Shown: positions 14,607 to 23,922 of the stretch, one piece after another
How positions within the stretch are numbered: position 1 is the first letter of the stretch
How the letters are laid out: each line of letters opens with the position of its first letter
From: an uncultured Alphaproteobacteria bacterium
Lineage (GTDB): Bacteria; Pseudomonadota; Alphaproteobacteria; Rs-D84; CACZYB01
Assembly (NCBI GenBank): GCA_934246625.1
Contig: CAKQHZ010000003.1
Coordinates: 1 to 32,000, forward strand
Direction: 5' to 3'
Length of the DNA: 32,000 nucleotides
Program-made: the position numbers and the translations under genes
Notes under the pieces: model-generated
The model's input: only the letters and a program-made list of their open reading frames with translations
Database searches by the model: none
Told to the model about the DNA's origin: nothing

Positions 14607-15371
14607 TTAACGAATAATTTCAAAAATAATTTCACCAAAAATCCAAAGGATAAAAGATGAAAAAATGAATGGGGCAAGAGGAGCAAATTTTTCCTTTTTT
14701 ATACCGCAATATCCAACCATAATTATGAAAGAGATTATTAAAATTTTACCTAAATTTTCAAAACCAGTAAATGAAGCAAGTGAAGTTAAAAGTTTAACAT
14801 CGCCACCACCAAAAGCGTATGGTATCTTAAAGTAAAAAATCAATGCTAAACTACTACATAATATATAAGTTCCTAAACTACTGAAAATACTATTTAATGG
14901 TGAAATAATTAAAGTAGAAGATATATGCGAATTTTCACATAAAACAGCATTTAAAAAACCAACTAATAGTAAAGGTAATGTTATTATGTCTGGAATAAGT
15001 CTACATCTGTTGTCAATATTTGAAGAAAAACCAAGTAAAAACAATATGATATATAATGATATTAAAGGATAATCTTTATTTATGTATTTTTTTATTAAAA
15101 TACTTAAAGTGATACATAAAAATACATATAAAACTCCCCATAATATTTTATTTAATAAATATTGTTTTTTCAATAAGTTATGTCGTTTTACATAAAGTGA
15201 TTTATTAACTTTATTTTTCTTATTTTTGTTCTTAAAGTTAAACTTTAATATATCTCCTAAATAACTATGTAAAGAGCAAGGGTAAAATTTCATCAAAAAT
15301 CTACTTAAAACAGGTATAAAAAAACCCATCGCAAAGTAGATAAAAATATTTAATATTTGAGTTGATAACAT
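14607..15371 (-). CDS. A24-family prepilin peptidase-like polytopic membrane protein
   Basis: 254 aa and multi-TM. Both aspartyl motifs of type IV prepilin peptidases are present: RLIPDIITLP and FGGGDVKLL. No pilin, T2SS or Tad genes are in the window. Confidence 0.7.
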   Translation of the reverse strand: MLSTQILNIFIYFAMGFFIPVLSRFLMKFYPCSLHSYLGDILKFNFKNKNKKNKVNKSLYVKRHNLLKKQYLLNKILWGVLYVFLCITLSILIKKYINKDYPLISLYIILFLLGFSSNIDNRCRLIPDIITLPLLLVGFLNAVLCENSHISSTLIISPLNSIFSSLGTYILCSSLALIFYFKIPYAFGGGDVKLLTSLASFTGFENLGKILIISFIIMVGYCGIKKEKFAPLAPFIFSSFILWIFGEIIFEIIR

Positions 15372-15444
15372 TTTTTTCTTCCATTTAAAATTTTTATAAT
15401 TATGATATAAACTGTAATGAAAAAAAATAAAAGGATTTTTTATT

Positions 15445-16008
15445 ATGAGCGCTTGGACAGATAAAAAAATTGAAAAATTAAAAAAACTTTGGGAAAAGGG
15501 TTTATCTACTGCTGAAATAGGAAAAAAGCTAGATTTCTCAAAGAATGCTATTGTTGGAAAAGTTCATCGTCTTGGACTTTCAAATCGAAATTCACCAATC
15601 AAAACTTCTTCTAAAACGGTTAAAAAAGAAGTTGAAATTTCATCAGTTATAAAACCTAAAACTGTTGAAAAAAAATCTTTAAAAACTAAAGAAACTCCTG
15701 TAAAAACAATAAAAAAAGAGGAAATTATACCTGTAAAAAACGAATCGGTAAAGGTTTCAAAGGTATCTCTTAAAACAAAAAAAACTTCCGCAGGTCTTTC
15801 ATTATTAGAGTTAACTTCTGACCTTTGTTGTTGGCCTATTGACGATATAAATTCAGAAAATTTTCATTTTTGTGGTAAAAAAGTTTTCAAAAATAAACCT
15901 TATTGTTTGGAACATTGTGCTATTGCATACACAAATTCTGCAACAGCTTTAGATGAACAAGAGGCAAATGAATCATCTGCATTTATTCAGGACGATGACG
16001 ACGAATAA
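15445..16008 (+). CDS. gcrA: GcrA cell-cycle regulator
   Basis: 187 aa. The N-terminus WTDKKIEKLKKLWEKGLSTAEIGKKLDFSKNAIVGKVHRLGL and the C-terminus CCWPIDD...FCGKKV...PYCLEHCAIAY are the GcrA signature. Confidence 0.9.
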   Translation: MSAWTDKKIEKLKKLWEKGLSTAEIGKKLDFSKNAIVGKVHRLGLSNRNSPIKTSSKTVKKEVEISSVIKPKTVEKKSLKTKETPVKTIKKEEIIPVKNESVKVSKVSLKTKKTSAGLSLLELTSDLCCWPIDDINSENFHFCGKKVFKNKPYCLEHCAIAYTNSATALDEQEANESSAFIQDDDDE

Positions 16009-16030
16009 ATAGCTTTTAAAGGGAGAGAAT

Positions 16031-18880
16031 ATGGAGAAAGCCAACAGCTTTTGGCAAATAAACGGAAAATATCAAGATGTGAGGGAGTTTCATTTTTCTT
16101 CACAAGATATGTCTTTTGTCGCATTTTTTAAAAATGATGACCTTATTTTCGTAATTGATGATACTTGTGATATAATTTCTCCAAATGAGTTATTGATAAT
16201 TGAACCATTAAAGGATGAAGAAAATCCTAAAAAACCGAATGTTAAATGGGATTCAATTTTAAAAAATAACTTTGGTATTAACCCCATGGAAATAAGACCA
16301 AAGGAAAATACAAAGTATAAAAAACTTGATATAAGCTATACATCGCTTGATTTATATCGCTCATTTGTTTCATTTCAAACGGAAGAAACTTTGGGGTTAA
16401 TAGAGCAAAATAGGGAGATTTTATCCCTTGAAAATGCCTATGACCGCGAAAGCGAAAATCTTTTAGTGTATAATAAATCAACTTCCACTTTGGAAAAGGC
16501 TCAAATTACATTGGATAAGTTAAAAAAACGTATCCTTAATATTTCAAAAAAAATGAAAAAACAAGAAGAGCTTGTTGCCGAAAATCCATCTGAAAATGAT
16601 GAAAATTTAAAGGCAGAGCTTATCCAAAAACTTTATATTGCAACTGAAAAATTAAAGCGAACAGAGCGAAGAATAAAGCGTGCTACAAAACGTTCAGAAG
16701 TTGCATACAAGGAATTATCATTGAAACGACAACAAATCAATGAAATAAAAAGAAGAATTGATGAAAAAAATCATCAAATTCAAGATGTTAAGGATAAATT
16801 ATTTGAAGAAGGTCCTAAATATATGCCTCTTGAAAACACAAAATCGGTATCAAGCGAAAATGAAATTACAGCACCCGATGTTTTAAAGGAAACAGAGGAG
16901 TTGACATTTCAAAATAATAATGCTATGAGTCGAAATGAAGAGATAAAGGAACAAACATTTTTAAACAATGGAGAGTCTACTATGGCAAAAGATACAGAAA
17001 ACAAAAAAGTTCAAGAAACTCAAGAATTTAAGCCACCTTATGTTGACGATACAACTGAGCCTGAAACATCAGAAATCAGATTCGCAAAAAAATCTAATAT
17101 TCTTTTAGATGATAAATACAAAAAGATATGGTTGTATTCTCTTTCTATCTTACTATCTCTTATTATAGTATTTGGAATTTTCTATTTTATTAGTAGTGAT
17201 GATGTTCCTGTAAATGAAGATATTTACAATACAAATTATATTGAACAAACATATAAGGAACCTGCACCAGTAGAACCAGCTCCTGTTGAGAAGATAAAAG
17301 TTGAAGAAGAGGTTGTTGTTCCTGCTCCTATGCCAACACCAGTAGAACCTGTTGTTGAACCAAAAAAGGAAGTTGCTCCTGCACCTGTTGTAAAACCTGT
17401 AAAAAAGGTTGCACCAGCACCAGTTAAAAAAGTTGCTCCTGTAGCAAAGAAAGTTGCACCAGCTCCTAAAAAGGAAGTTGTAAAACCTGTTGTTGCTCCT
17501 GCTCCAGTTGTTGAAACAAAACAAGAAGTTATTGAAGAATCAAAATATGTAGGTCCAGTTCCAGAAGAATATGACGATGAAGAATATTTTGAAGAAGAAA
17601 CTGTTGTATCCGAAGATGATAATTCTGTTGAAGAAGATGTTGTGGAAGTTGTTGAAGAAGACGAAGATATAGAAACAGAAGATGCTGAGGAAGAAGAATC
17701 ATCTGCTCTTGAAGATGCAAGAGAAGAATTTACATCAAAAGTTATTGATAACGATAAATATTTAACTGTGATTGCAAAAATTAAATCAAATTATTTCACA
17801 GATTCAACAAATGAAATTTTACCATTGCTTGAAACATTGGAAGATATGAATACATATTGGAATGAATTTAGAAATCTTACATATCAAGAATATTATGAAA
17901 CAGATAATACATTAAAAGCAGATATAGATTATGAAGAATATGCAAATGACGAATATATGCTAAGACTTTATTCAAATGCTTACTTTGATATGTATGAATA
18001 TTTGGTAAATGAATTTGTAATGACTTATGAATTTGCAAATGGCACAGCATCTGATTTGTATCCTGTAATGGAACGTGAAATGCAAACACTTGGCAAACCA
18101 AATACAAAACTTGAAATCTTGGTTGAATTGTATAAGGCTATCCAAAGACAAGGTGGTTCTGACGCTGTGATTAACGCAATTAACATTAGAAACGAAGAAG
18201 AGGCTATTCTTGCTCCTGAAATTGAAGCTACTTTGATACCTCTATCTGCAACAACTGAAATTACTGTATCAAGTGATATTATGTCTGGTAATGAAGTTAT
18301 TGGTGAAGACGAAGAATCTACAATTATTACAGAAGATTTTGATAATGATTTGTTGGTTCAAAATGAATCTGCTCAAAATGATGAAGAATTTGTTAGTGTT
18401 TCAGAAGATGACTTAAGTGATATCCTTGAAGAAGATGACGAAGTTGCATCAACAGATGATGTAGAAGAAGGCGATTCTGATGAAGAAGAAACTGTAATGA
18501 TTGATATGACACCATCAGAAGAAGGTGCAGAAGATGTTGAAGAAGAAACAATCACATCTGTAGTTGCTCAACCAACACCAGTTGTAGTTGTAGAAGAGCT
18601 TGAAGATACAGAAACCGCAGATGCAACAACAGAAGATGTTGTTGAACAAAATGATGAACAAGATGAAGAGGATTCTTCTGATATAGCAGAAGCAGAAGAT
18701 ACAGACACTGATTCTGATGAAGAATATGCTGATACAGAAGAAGATAATGTTTCTGAAGACGAAGAAGATAGCGAATATTCTGAAACTGAAACAGAAGATA
18801 ATCTTATTGATGAAGAAGATGAAGACATTGAGTATTCAGACTCCTCAGAATATTATGAAGAAGATGATTTAACATTATAA
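16031..18880 (+). CDS. large bitopic membrane protein: cytoplasmic coiled-coil domain, one TM, Pro/Ala/Val/Lys repeat linker, hyper-acidic C-terminal region
   Basis: 949-aa ORF with a GGGAGAGAA RBS. It has a K/R/E-rich heptad-like region and the TM IWLYSLSILLSLIIVFGIFYFI, with Lys before it and Asp after it. KKVAPAPV-type repeats follow, then long D/E-rich tracts. I recognise no family. Confidence 0.8.
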   Translation: MEKANSFWQINGKYQDVREFHFSSQDMSFVAFFKNDDLIFVIDDTCDIISPNELLIIEPLKDEENPKKPNVKWDSILKNNFGINPMEIRPKENTKYKKLDISYTSLDLYRSFVSFQTEETLGLIEQNREILSLENAYDRESENLLVYNKSTSTLEKAQITLDKLKKRILNISKKMKKQEELVAENPSENDENLKAELIQKLYIATEKLKRTERRIKRATKRSEVAYKELSLKRQQINEIKRRIDEKNHQIQDVKDKLFEEGPKYMPLENTKSVSSENEITAPDVLKETEELTFQNNNAMSRNEEIKEQTFLNNGESTMAKDTENKKVQETQEFKPPYVDDTTEPETSEIRFAKKSNILLDDKYKKIWLYSLSILLSLIIVFGIFYFISSDDVPVNEDIYNTNYIEQTYKEPAPVEPAPVEKIKVEEEVVVPAPMPTPVEPVVEPKKEVAPAPVVKPVKKVAPAPVKKVAPVAKKVAPAPKKEVVKPVVAPAPVVETKQEVIEESKYVGPVPEEYDDEEYFEEETVVSEDDNSVEEDVVEVVEEDEDIETEDAEEEESSALEDAREEFTSKVIDNDKYLTVIAKIKSNYFTDSTNEILPLLETLEDMNTYWNEFRNLTYQEYYETDNTLKADIDYEEYANDEYMLRLYSNAYFDMYEYLVNEFVMTYEFANGTASDLYPVMEREMQTLGKPNTKLEILVELYKAIQRQGGSDAVINAINIRNEEEAILAPEIEATLIPLSATTEITVSSDIMSGNEVIGEDEESTIITEDFDNDLLVQNESAQNDEEFVSVSEDDLSDILEEDDEVASTDDVEEGDSDEEETVMIDMTPSEEGAEDVEEETITSVVAQPTPVVVVEELEDTETADATTEDVVEQNDEQDEEDSSDIAEAEDTDTDSDEEYADTEEDNVSEDEEDSEYSETETEDNLIDEEDEDIEYSDSSEYYEEDDLTL
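17270..17520 (+). repeat. in-frame degenerate tandem repeats encoding PAPVE/KKVAPAPV units
   Basis: The region translates to EPAPVEPAPVEK...KKEVAPAPVVKPVKKVAPAPVKKVAPVAKKVAPAPKKEVVKPVVAPAPVVE. gttgc(a/t)cc(a/t)gc-type units recur in the DNA. Confidence 0.7.
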
Positions 18881-18902
18881 CACAAATAATATACATAAAA
18901 AT

Positions 18903-18929
18903 AAAAACCTCCAAAGCGGAGGTTTTTTT
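18903..18929. terminator. bidirectional rho-independent terminator between convergent genes
   Basis: Stem cctcc/ggagg (18908-18912 / 18918-18922) flanked by an A5 run upstream and a T7 run downstream. Confidence 0.65.
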
Positions 18930-19224
18930 ATTCTATAATTATAAAAGAAGAGTTTGGAATACGTTTTAATTTTTTAATAGATTCTTTTTCAAGAATATCA
19001 ATATTTACAATTTTTGTATCCTTTAAAATATTCGCTTCAAGTAAAAGTTTATCTTTTATTTTTGTTTGCTTTTCTAATTGTTTTGTTAAAGTATCAATTT
19101 TATGTTTTTTATCTAAGTAATTGAAAATATTGTATTCACTAAACACTATGTTTTTAAGAAAGATAAAAATCAGTGCAAAAAATACAAATAAAATCAATTT
19201 TTTTACAATGCTACTATTACTCAT
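18928..19224 (-). CDS. FtsB/DivIC-like septum formation initiator (tentative)
   Basis: 98 aa. It has a short cytoplasmic N-terminus, a single TM (LILFVFFALIFIFL), then a coiled coil and a DILEKESIKKLKRIP-like tail, as in FtsB. The call is based on architecture only. Confidence 0.4.
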   Translation of the reverse strand: MSNSSIVKKLILFVFFALIFIFLKNIVFSEYNIFNYLDKKHKIDTLTKQLEKQTKIKDKLLLEANILKDTKIVNIDILEKESIKKLKRIPNSSFIIIE

Positions 19225-19298
19225 TTCTTTTCTTTTTGATTTTTATAAATTATAGTAATATATTATCATAAATACGATATAACGACAAGGACTTATTT

Positions 19299-20300
19299 TT
19301 GTTAAAACCGATAAAATTAAAAAATGTTGTAATTAAAAATCCTGTAATTCTTGCTCCTATGGCAGGAGTTTCAGATTTACCATTCCGCACACTTGTTTCC
19401 TCATTTGGTGATGATGAAAACAAGGTGTCCTTGACCGTGTCAGAAATGGTTCCATCTACGTCTCAAGTTATGTTATTGGAAAGACGAAAATCAACCGATA
19501 AAATCAAAAGAATGTATGAAGAAAATAAATCAGAACAATTAACTTCAATACAAATTTTTGGTAATAATCCTGAAATTATGGCAAAAAGTGCAAAAATTAA
19601 CGAAGATTTAGGGGCGGATATCATTGATATAAATATGGGTTGTCCAGTTAATAAAATTGTAAAAAATGGTGCTGGTTCAGATTTATTGAAAAATATGCCT
19701 CTTGCCGAACAAATTATAAAGGCGGTAGTTTCTGCGGTAAATGTCCCTGTGTCTGTAAAAATTCGCACAGGTTGGGATTTGAATAATAAAATTGCTCCAG
19801 AATTTGCAAAAATGATAGAATCTGCTGGCGCTTCTATGATTACAATTCATGGGCGAAGCCGAAGTCAACTTTACTCGGGCGACATTGATTTTGAAACAAT
19901 AAGAAAAACTAAAAATGCCGTTTCAATCCCAGTTATTGGTAATGGCGATATAACGACTTGCGAACTTGCAAAGGAAATGATAGAAAAAACTGGTGTTGAT
20001 GGTATTATGATTGGTCGTGGTTCCTATGGTGCACCATGGTTTTTGTCTCAGGTTATAGAGTTTTTAAAAACTGGAAAATACACATTTAACCCAACAATCG
20101 AAGAAAAAAAAGAAATAATGCTAAACCATATAAGGGCAATGATTGAATATTATGGTGAAAAGGGTGGTATGCTTAACTCTCGAAAACATATAGCATGGTA
20201 TTCAAAAGGTATCAGAAATTCGAATGAATTCAGAAAGTTAATCAATAATTCATCTAATCCAGACGAAGTTTTTACACTTATTGATAAATTATTCAAATAA
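19299..20300 (+). CDS. dusB: tRNA-dihydrouridine synthase
   Basis: 333 aa with a TTG start. Motifs: LAPMAGVSDLPFR, DINMGCPVNKIVK and HGRSRSQ. Confidence 0.85.
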   Translation: MLKPIKLKNVVIKNPVILAPMAGVSDLPFRTLVSSFGDDENKVSLTVSEMVPSTSQVMLLERRKSTDKIKRMYEENKSEQLTSIQIFGNNPEIMAKSAKINEDLGADIIDINMGCPVNKIVKNGAGSDLLKNMPLAEQIIKAVVSAVNVPVSVKIRTGWDLNNKIAPEFAKMIESAGASMITIHGRSRSQLYSGDIDFETIRKTKNAVSIPVIGNGDITTCELAKEMIEKTGVDGIMIGRGSYGAPWFLSQVIEFLKTGKYTFNPTIEEKKEIMLNHIRAMIEYYGEKGGMLNSRKHIAWYSKGIRNSNEFRKLINNSSNPDEVFTLIDKLFK

Positions 20301-20387
20301 ATTGTGTTTTTCTTCATAAAAATATTGATTCTAAAAAAAAATAATCGTATCTTTGAAATGATATAAATATAAAAGGAGAGCTTTGTT

Positions 20388-21491
20388 ATGGGATACAATG
20401 AAAAAGAACTTTTAGAAAAGATGGCACAATCAGAAAAAAATGAAATAGTTTTACCTCCAAAAAAGGAAACTATTGGCGATATTTTAAAAAATAAGCGTGA
20501 ACAAAAGGGTAAAACAATAGACGCAATTTCTGATGATTTAAGAATTAAACCACAATATTTAATTGCATTGGAAGAAAATCGATTTAATGCTCTTCCTGGT
20601 CAAGCATATGTTATTGGTTTTATAAAAAGTTATGCAACATATCTTGGTATAGAAGATGTTCAAAAACTTATTGCCGAATATAAACGTGAAAACAATCAAT
20701 CACAACCAGAAAATATAACAGCTCCAACCGATGAAAATTCTCTTATCGAAGATCCTATAATAAACAGCAATCATATTATTTTTGGAAGTGTTGCTGTCTT
20801 ATTTTGTATATTGTTAGTATTTGTTTTTTCAAATAAAAATGATAATGTAGAGGTTGTAAAAGTTGCTTCAAAAGAAGTTGTTGAAGCTCCACAAATAACA
20901 TCTCCTGTTGAAGAAAATGTGGAAATCGTCCTTAACTCTTCTTTGGAAAATAATGTTAAAAACGAACCTAAATTTATACCAATATCTGAAGTTAAGGTTG
21001 AACCACAACCAACACAAACTTTACCAGAATTAAAGGTTGAAGAAACACAAAATAATACTGAAACTTCATTGAAATATGAAATTGTAAATGATGAAGAGGA
21101 AGTTGTGGCAACTTCTGATATGTCTGTTCATACCCCACGTGAATATGGTTTGGAAAACAAGGATTCTTCTGAAATAAAATTGGTTGCAAAGGATAAGGTT
21201 TGGATAAAACTTAAAAAAGACGGTCTTTACAAATATGACGAAGCCGAAGGTGATATAGGAACAGGTGAAGCGATATTTGAAACAATTCTTGAAAATGGAG
21301 ATGTTTACTATATTCCAAACGAAGATAATTTGTATTTGACTATTGGTAATGCACAGGGTGTTGATATAGTTGTTGATGGTGAAGTAATAAAGCCATTGTC
21401 AACAAAACCTGTATCACGACATAATATAGAAATGAATGTTGAAAAACTTAAAAATGGAACTGCATATATAAGGAACAGGAATTTACAATAA
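20388..21491 (+). CDS. rodZ: RodZ-like cytoskeleton protein (HTH + TM + DUF4115-like C-terminal domain)
   Basis: 367 aa. It has the N-terminal HTH IGDILKNKREQKGKTIDAISDDLRIKPQYLIALEENRF...GFIKSYATYLG, the single TM IIFGSVAVLFCILLVFVF, and the C-terminal domain VWIKLKKDG... Confidence 0.75.
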   Translation: MGYNEKELLEKMAQSEKNEIVLPPKKETIGDILKNKREQKGKTIDAISDDLRIKPQYLIALEENRFNALPGQAYVIGFIKSYATYLGIEDVQKLIAEYKRENNQSQPENITAPTDENSLIEDPIINSNHIIFGSVAVLFCILLVFVFSNKNDNVEVVKVASKEVVEAPQITSPVEENVEIVLNSSLENNVKNEPKFIPISEVKVEPQPTQTLPELKVEETQNNTETSLKYEIVNDEEEVVATSDMSVHTPREYGLENKDSSEIKLVAKDKVWIKLKKDGLYKYDEAEGDIGTGEAIFETILENGDVYYIPNEDNLYLTIGNAQGVDIVVDGEVIKPLSTKPVSRHNIEMNVEKLKNGTAYIRNRNLQ

Positions 21492-22840
21492 TGGCAAAAA
21501 ATAAAATAAATACAAGTGTTTTGTCTGGCTTTGTTGAACTTTTACCTCAAAGCCAATTCGTTTTTGATACTATAAAATCAACAATCGAAAATACTTATAA
21601 AAAAGCTGGCTTTGTTGCGATTGATACACCAACCATTGAAAAGTCAGAAGTCCTTTTTGCAAAGGCTGGTGGTGAAACAGAAAAGCAAGTTTATCGTTTT
21701 ACAAAGGGTGAAAATGATTTGTCTTTGCGTTTTGATTTAACTGTTCCATTTGCACGATATGTTTCTGAACACTATGCAGATTTGGTATTCCCATTTAAAC
21801 GCTATCAAATTGGAAAAGTTTATCGTGGTGAACGTGCACAAAAGGGACGTTATCGTGAATTTTTTCAAGCCGATATTGATATTGTTGCAGAAAATAACCT
21901 TTCAATTATGTATGATGTTGAAATAATTTCTACTATTATAAAGACTATTTCAAAACTTACATCTGATTTTAATTTGGGAAATTTCAAGGTTCGTGTTTCA
22001 AATCGTAAAATTTGGGACGGATTTTTCTCTCAATTTGGTATTGAAGACAGCAAAAAAGTATCTGCAGTTGCGATAATTGATAAAAGATATAAGTTTAAAA
22101 GCGAAGATGATTTCAAAGCCGAACTTAAATCTGTGATAAATGATGAAAAGGTTTATAATTTGGCTATTGCTCTTTTGAAAATCGAATATCTTCCAAACAT
22201 CGGTATTTCAATTCCTGAAAATCATCATTCTGATTTTGCCTTTATAAAGGATAATGAATTGATGAAGCAAGGTATTACAGAGCTTGAAACTGTAATGAAA
22301 TTCTTACCACATAATGCTGTGGTTGATTTATCAATCGTGCGTGGACTTGATTATTACACTGGCACAGTTTACGAAACATTTTTAACCGACTATCCTGAAT
22401 TTGGTTCAATTTCAAGTGGTGGTCGATATGAACATCTTTGTGATTTTTATACAGACAAGGTTATTTGTGGTGTTGGTGGTTCTATTGGTCTTTCACGACT
22501 TTTTGTTCCGTTAATCGAAGATGGAAAAATAACCATTGATAAATCAATGATGGATGTTGTAATACTTCCACAAAATGAAAATTGTTATAAAATGGCAACG
22601 GAAATTCAAGATGAATTAAATGCAAAAACGAATGCCAAAGTATCAACAATTTTTGAAAATAAAAAGTTTAAAAAACTGATGGAATATGCAAATAAAATAA
22701 ATGCAAAATTTGCAATTATTATTGGTGAAGATGAAGTTGCAAATAATACAGTATCACTTAAAAATATGATAACAGGTGAACAACAAAATATTTCATCTAC
22801 TACTTTAATTGATGTATTAAATAAGACTTTAAATAAATAA
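21491..22840 (+). CDS. hisS: histidyl-tRNA synthetase
   Basis: 449 aa. Class II motifs are present ([48 protein letters not shown]-like SSGGRYEHL). Its start overlaps the rodZ stop by 1 nt. Confidence 0.85.
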   Translation: MAKNKINTSVLSGFVELLPQSQFVFDTIKSTIENTYKKAGFVAIDTPTIEKSEVLFAKAGGETEKQVYRFTKGENDLSLRFDLTVPFARYVSEHYADLVFPFKRYQIGKVYRGERAQKGRYREFFQADIDIVAENNLSIMYDVEIISTIIKTISKLTSDFNLGNFKVRVSNRKIWDGFFSQFGIEDSKKVSAVAIIDKRYKFKSEDDFKAELKSVINDEKVYNLAIALLKIEYLPNIGISIPENHHSDFAFIKDNELMKQGITELETVMKFLPHNAVVDLSIVRGLDYYTGTVYETFLTDYPEFGSISSGGRYEHLCDFYTDKVICGVGGSIGLSRLFVPLIEDGKITIDKSMMDVVILPQNENCYKMATEIQDELNAKTNAKVSTIFENKKFKKLMEYANKINAKFAIIIGEDEVANNTVSLKNMITGEQQNISSTTLIDVLNKTLNK

Positions 22841-22850
22841 GGATAACATT

Positions 22851-23909
22851 ATGAATTTTGAAGAAAAATTATTGCAAATCAAAGATAAGTATAAAGAGCT
22901 TGAAACTCAACTTATGGGCACATTTGAAGACCCAAAGGAAATGGCAAAAGTATCAAAGGAATATTCTGATTTAAAGCCAGTAATTGAACTTGCTGATAAA
23001 TATATTAAAACTTTGGACGATATGAAACAAGCCGAAGAAATGATGAAGGATCCATCATTAAAGGAAATTGCCGAAACAGAATTTTATGAATGCAAAGACA
23101 AACTTCCAGAAATTGAAAATCAAATCAAAATTGCATTACTTCCAAAGGACGAAGCAGATGATAAAAATGCGATTTTGGAAATTCGTGCCGGCACAGGTGG
23201 AGATGAAGCCGCAATTTTTGCTGGCGACTTATTTAATATGTATAAAGCCTATGCCGAATTAAAGGGGTGGAAACTTGAAGTTTTAAATTATCATGAAAAT
23301 GAAGCTGGTGGTTTTAAGGAAATTATTTCAAATATCACAGGTAAGGGTGTTTTTGGTCGTCTAAAATTTGAATCAGGTGCTCATCGTGTGCAACGTGTTC
23401 CTGAAACTGAATCTGCTGGTCGTGTGCATACATCTGCAGCAACAGTTGCCGTGATGCCAGAAGCTGAAGACATTGATATTGAAATCAATGAAAAGGATTT
23501 AAGAATTGATACTTATCGTGCAAGTGGTGCTGGTGGCCAACACGTTAATAAAACCGATTCTGCTATTCGTATTACTCATATCCCAACAAACACAGTTGTT
23601 CAATGCCAAGACGAACGTTCTCAATTTAAAAATAAGGATAGAGCTATGAAAATGCTTCGTTCAAAACTTTACGAAGCACAACGTCAAAAAATCGATTCTG
23701 AACGTGCTGGGTTAAGAAAATCCCAAGTCGGAACAGGTGATAGAAGTGATAAAATCAGAACTTATAACTATCCACAAAATCGTGTAACTGACCATCGTGT
23801 CAACCTTACATTATATAAATTGGATTATGTTATGATTGGTGAAGCATTGGATGAAATTATCGATAAACTTATAACCGAAGATCAAATCCAAAAACTTTCA
23901 GAATTATAG
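22851..23909 (+). CDS. prfA: peptide chain release factor 1
   Basis: 352 aa. It has the GGQ motif ([11 protein letters not shown]), a PxT-type tripeptide (RVPETES) and [13 protein letters not shown]. Confidence 0.9.
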   Translation: MNFEEKLLQIKDKYKELETQLMGTFEDPKEMAKVSKEYSDLKPVIELADKYIKTLDDMKQAEEMMKDPSLKEIAETEFYECKDKLPEIENQIKIALLPKDEADDKNAILEIRAGTGGDEAAIFAGDLFNMYKAYAELKGWKLEVLNYHENEAGGFKEIISNITGKGVFGRLKFESGAHRVQRVPETESAGRVHTSAATVAVMPEAEDIDIEINEKDLRIDTYRASGAGGQHVNKTDSAIRITHIPTNTVVQCQDERSQFKNKDRAMKMLRSKLYEAQRQKIDSERAGLRKSQVGTGDRSDKIRTYNYPQNRVTDHRVNLTLYKLDYVMIGEALDEIIDKLITEDQIQKLSEL

Positions 23910-23922
23910 TTAAGGGATAAAG

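Noticed and set aside
10113-14610. Plus-strand ORFs (10113-10382, 10834-11178, 11646-11837, 11875-12120, 12218-12514, 12887-13084, 13395-13643, 13742-14002, 14015-14197, 14221-14610) overlapping the paralog array
   Set aside because: All are antisense to long minus-strand genes that have RBSs, signal-like N-termini and conserved motifs. Their translations are low-complexity (F/C/S-rich) with no start context.
17270-17520. Short tandem DNA repeats, considered as a possible CRISPR or VNTR locus
   Set aside because: The repeats are degenerate, contiguous without unique spacers, and in-frame within a long ORF where they encode a Pro-rich linker. No cas genes are present.
16090-18828. Minus-strand ORFs inside the 949-aa gene (e.g. 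17153-17524 rich in F/N/W/C, 18568-18828 poly-Ser)
   Set aside because: They mirror the Pro/Ala/Lys repeats and the GAA/GAT-rich acidic tracts of the sense gene. Long open antisense frames are expected in such biased sequence.
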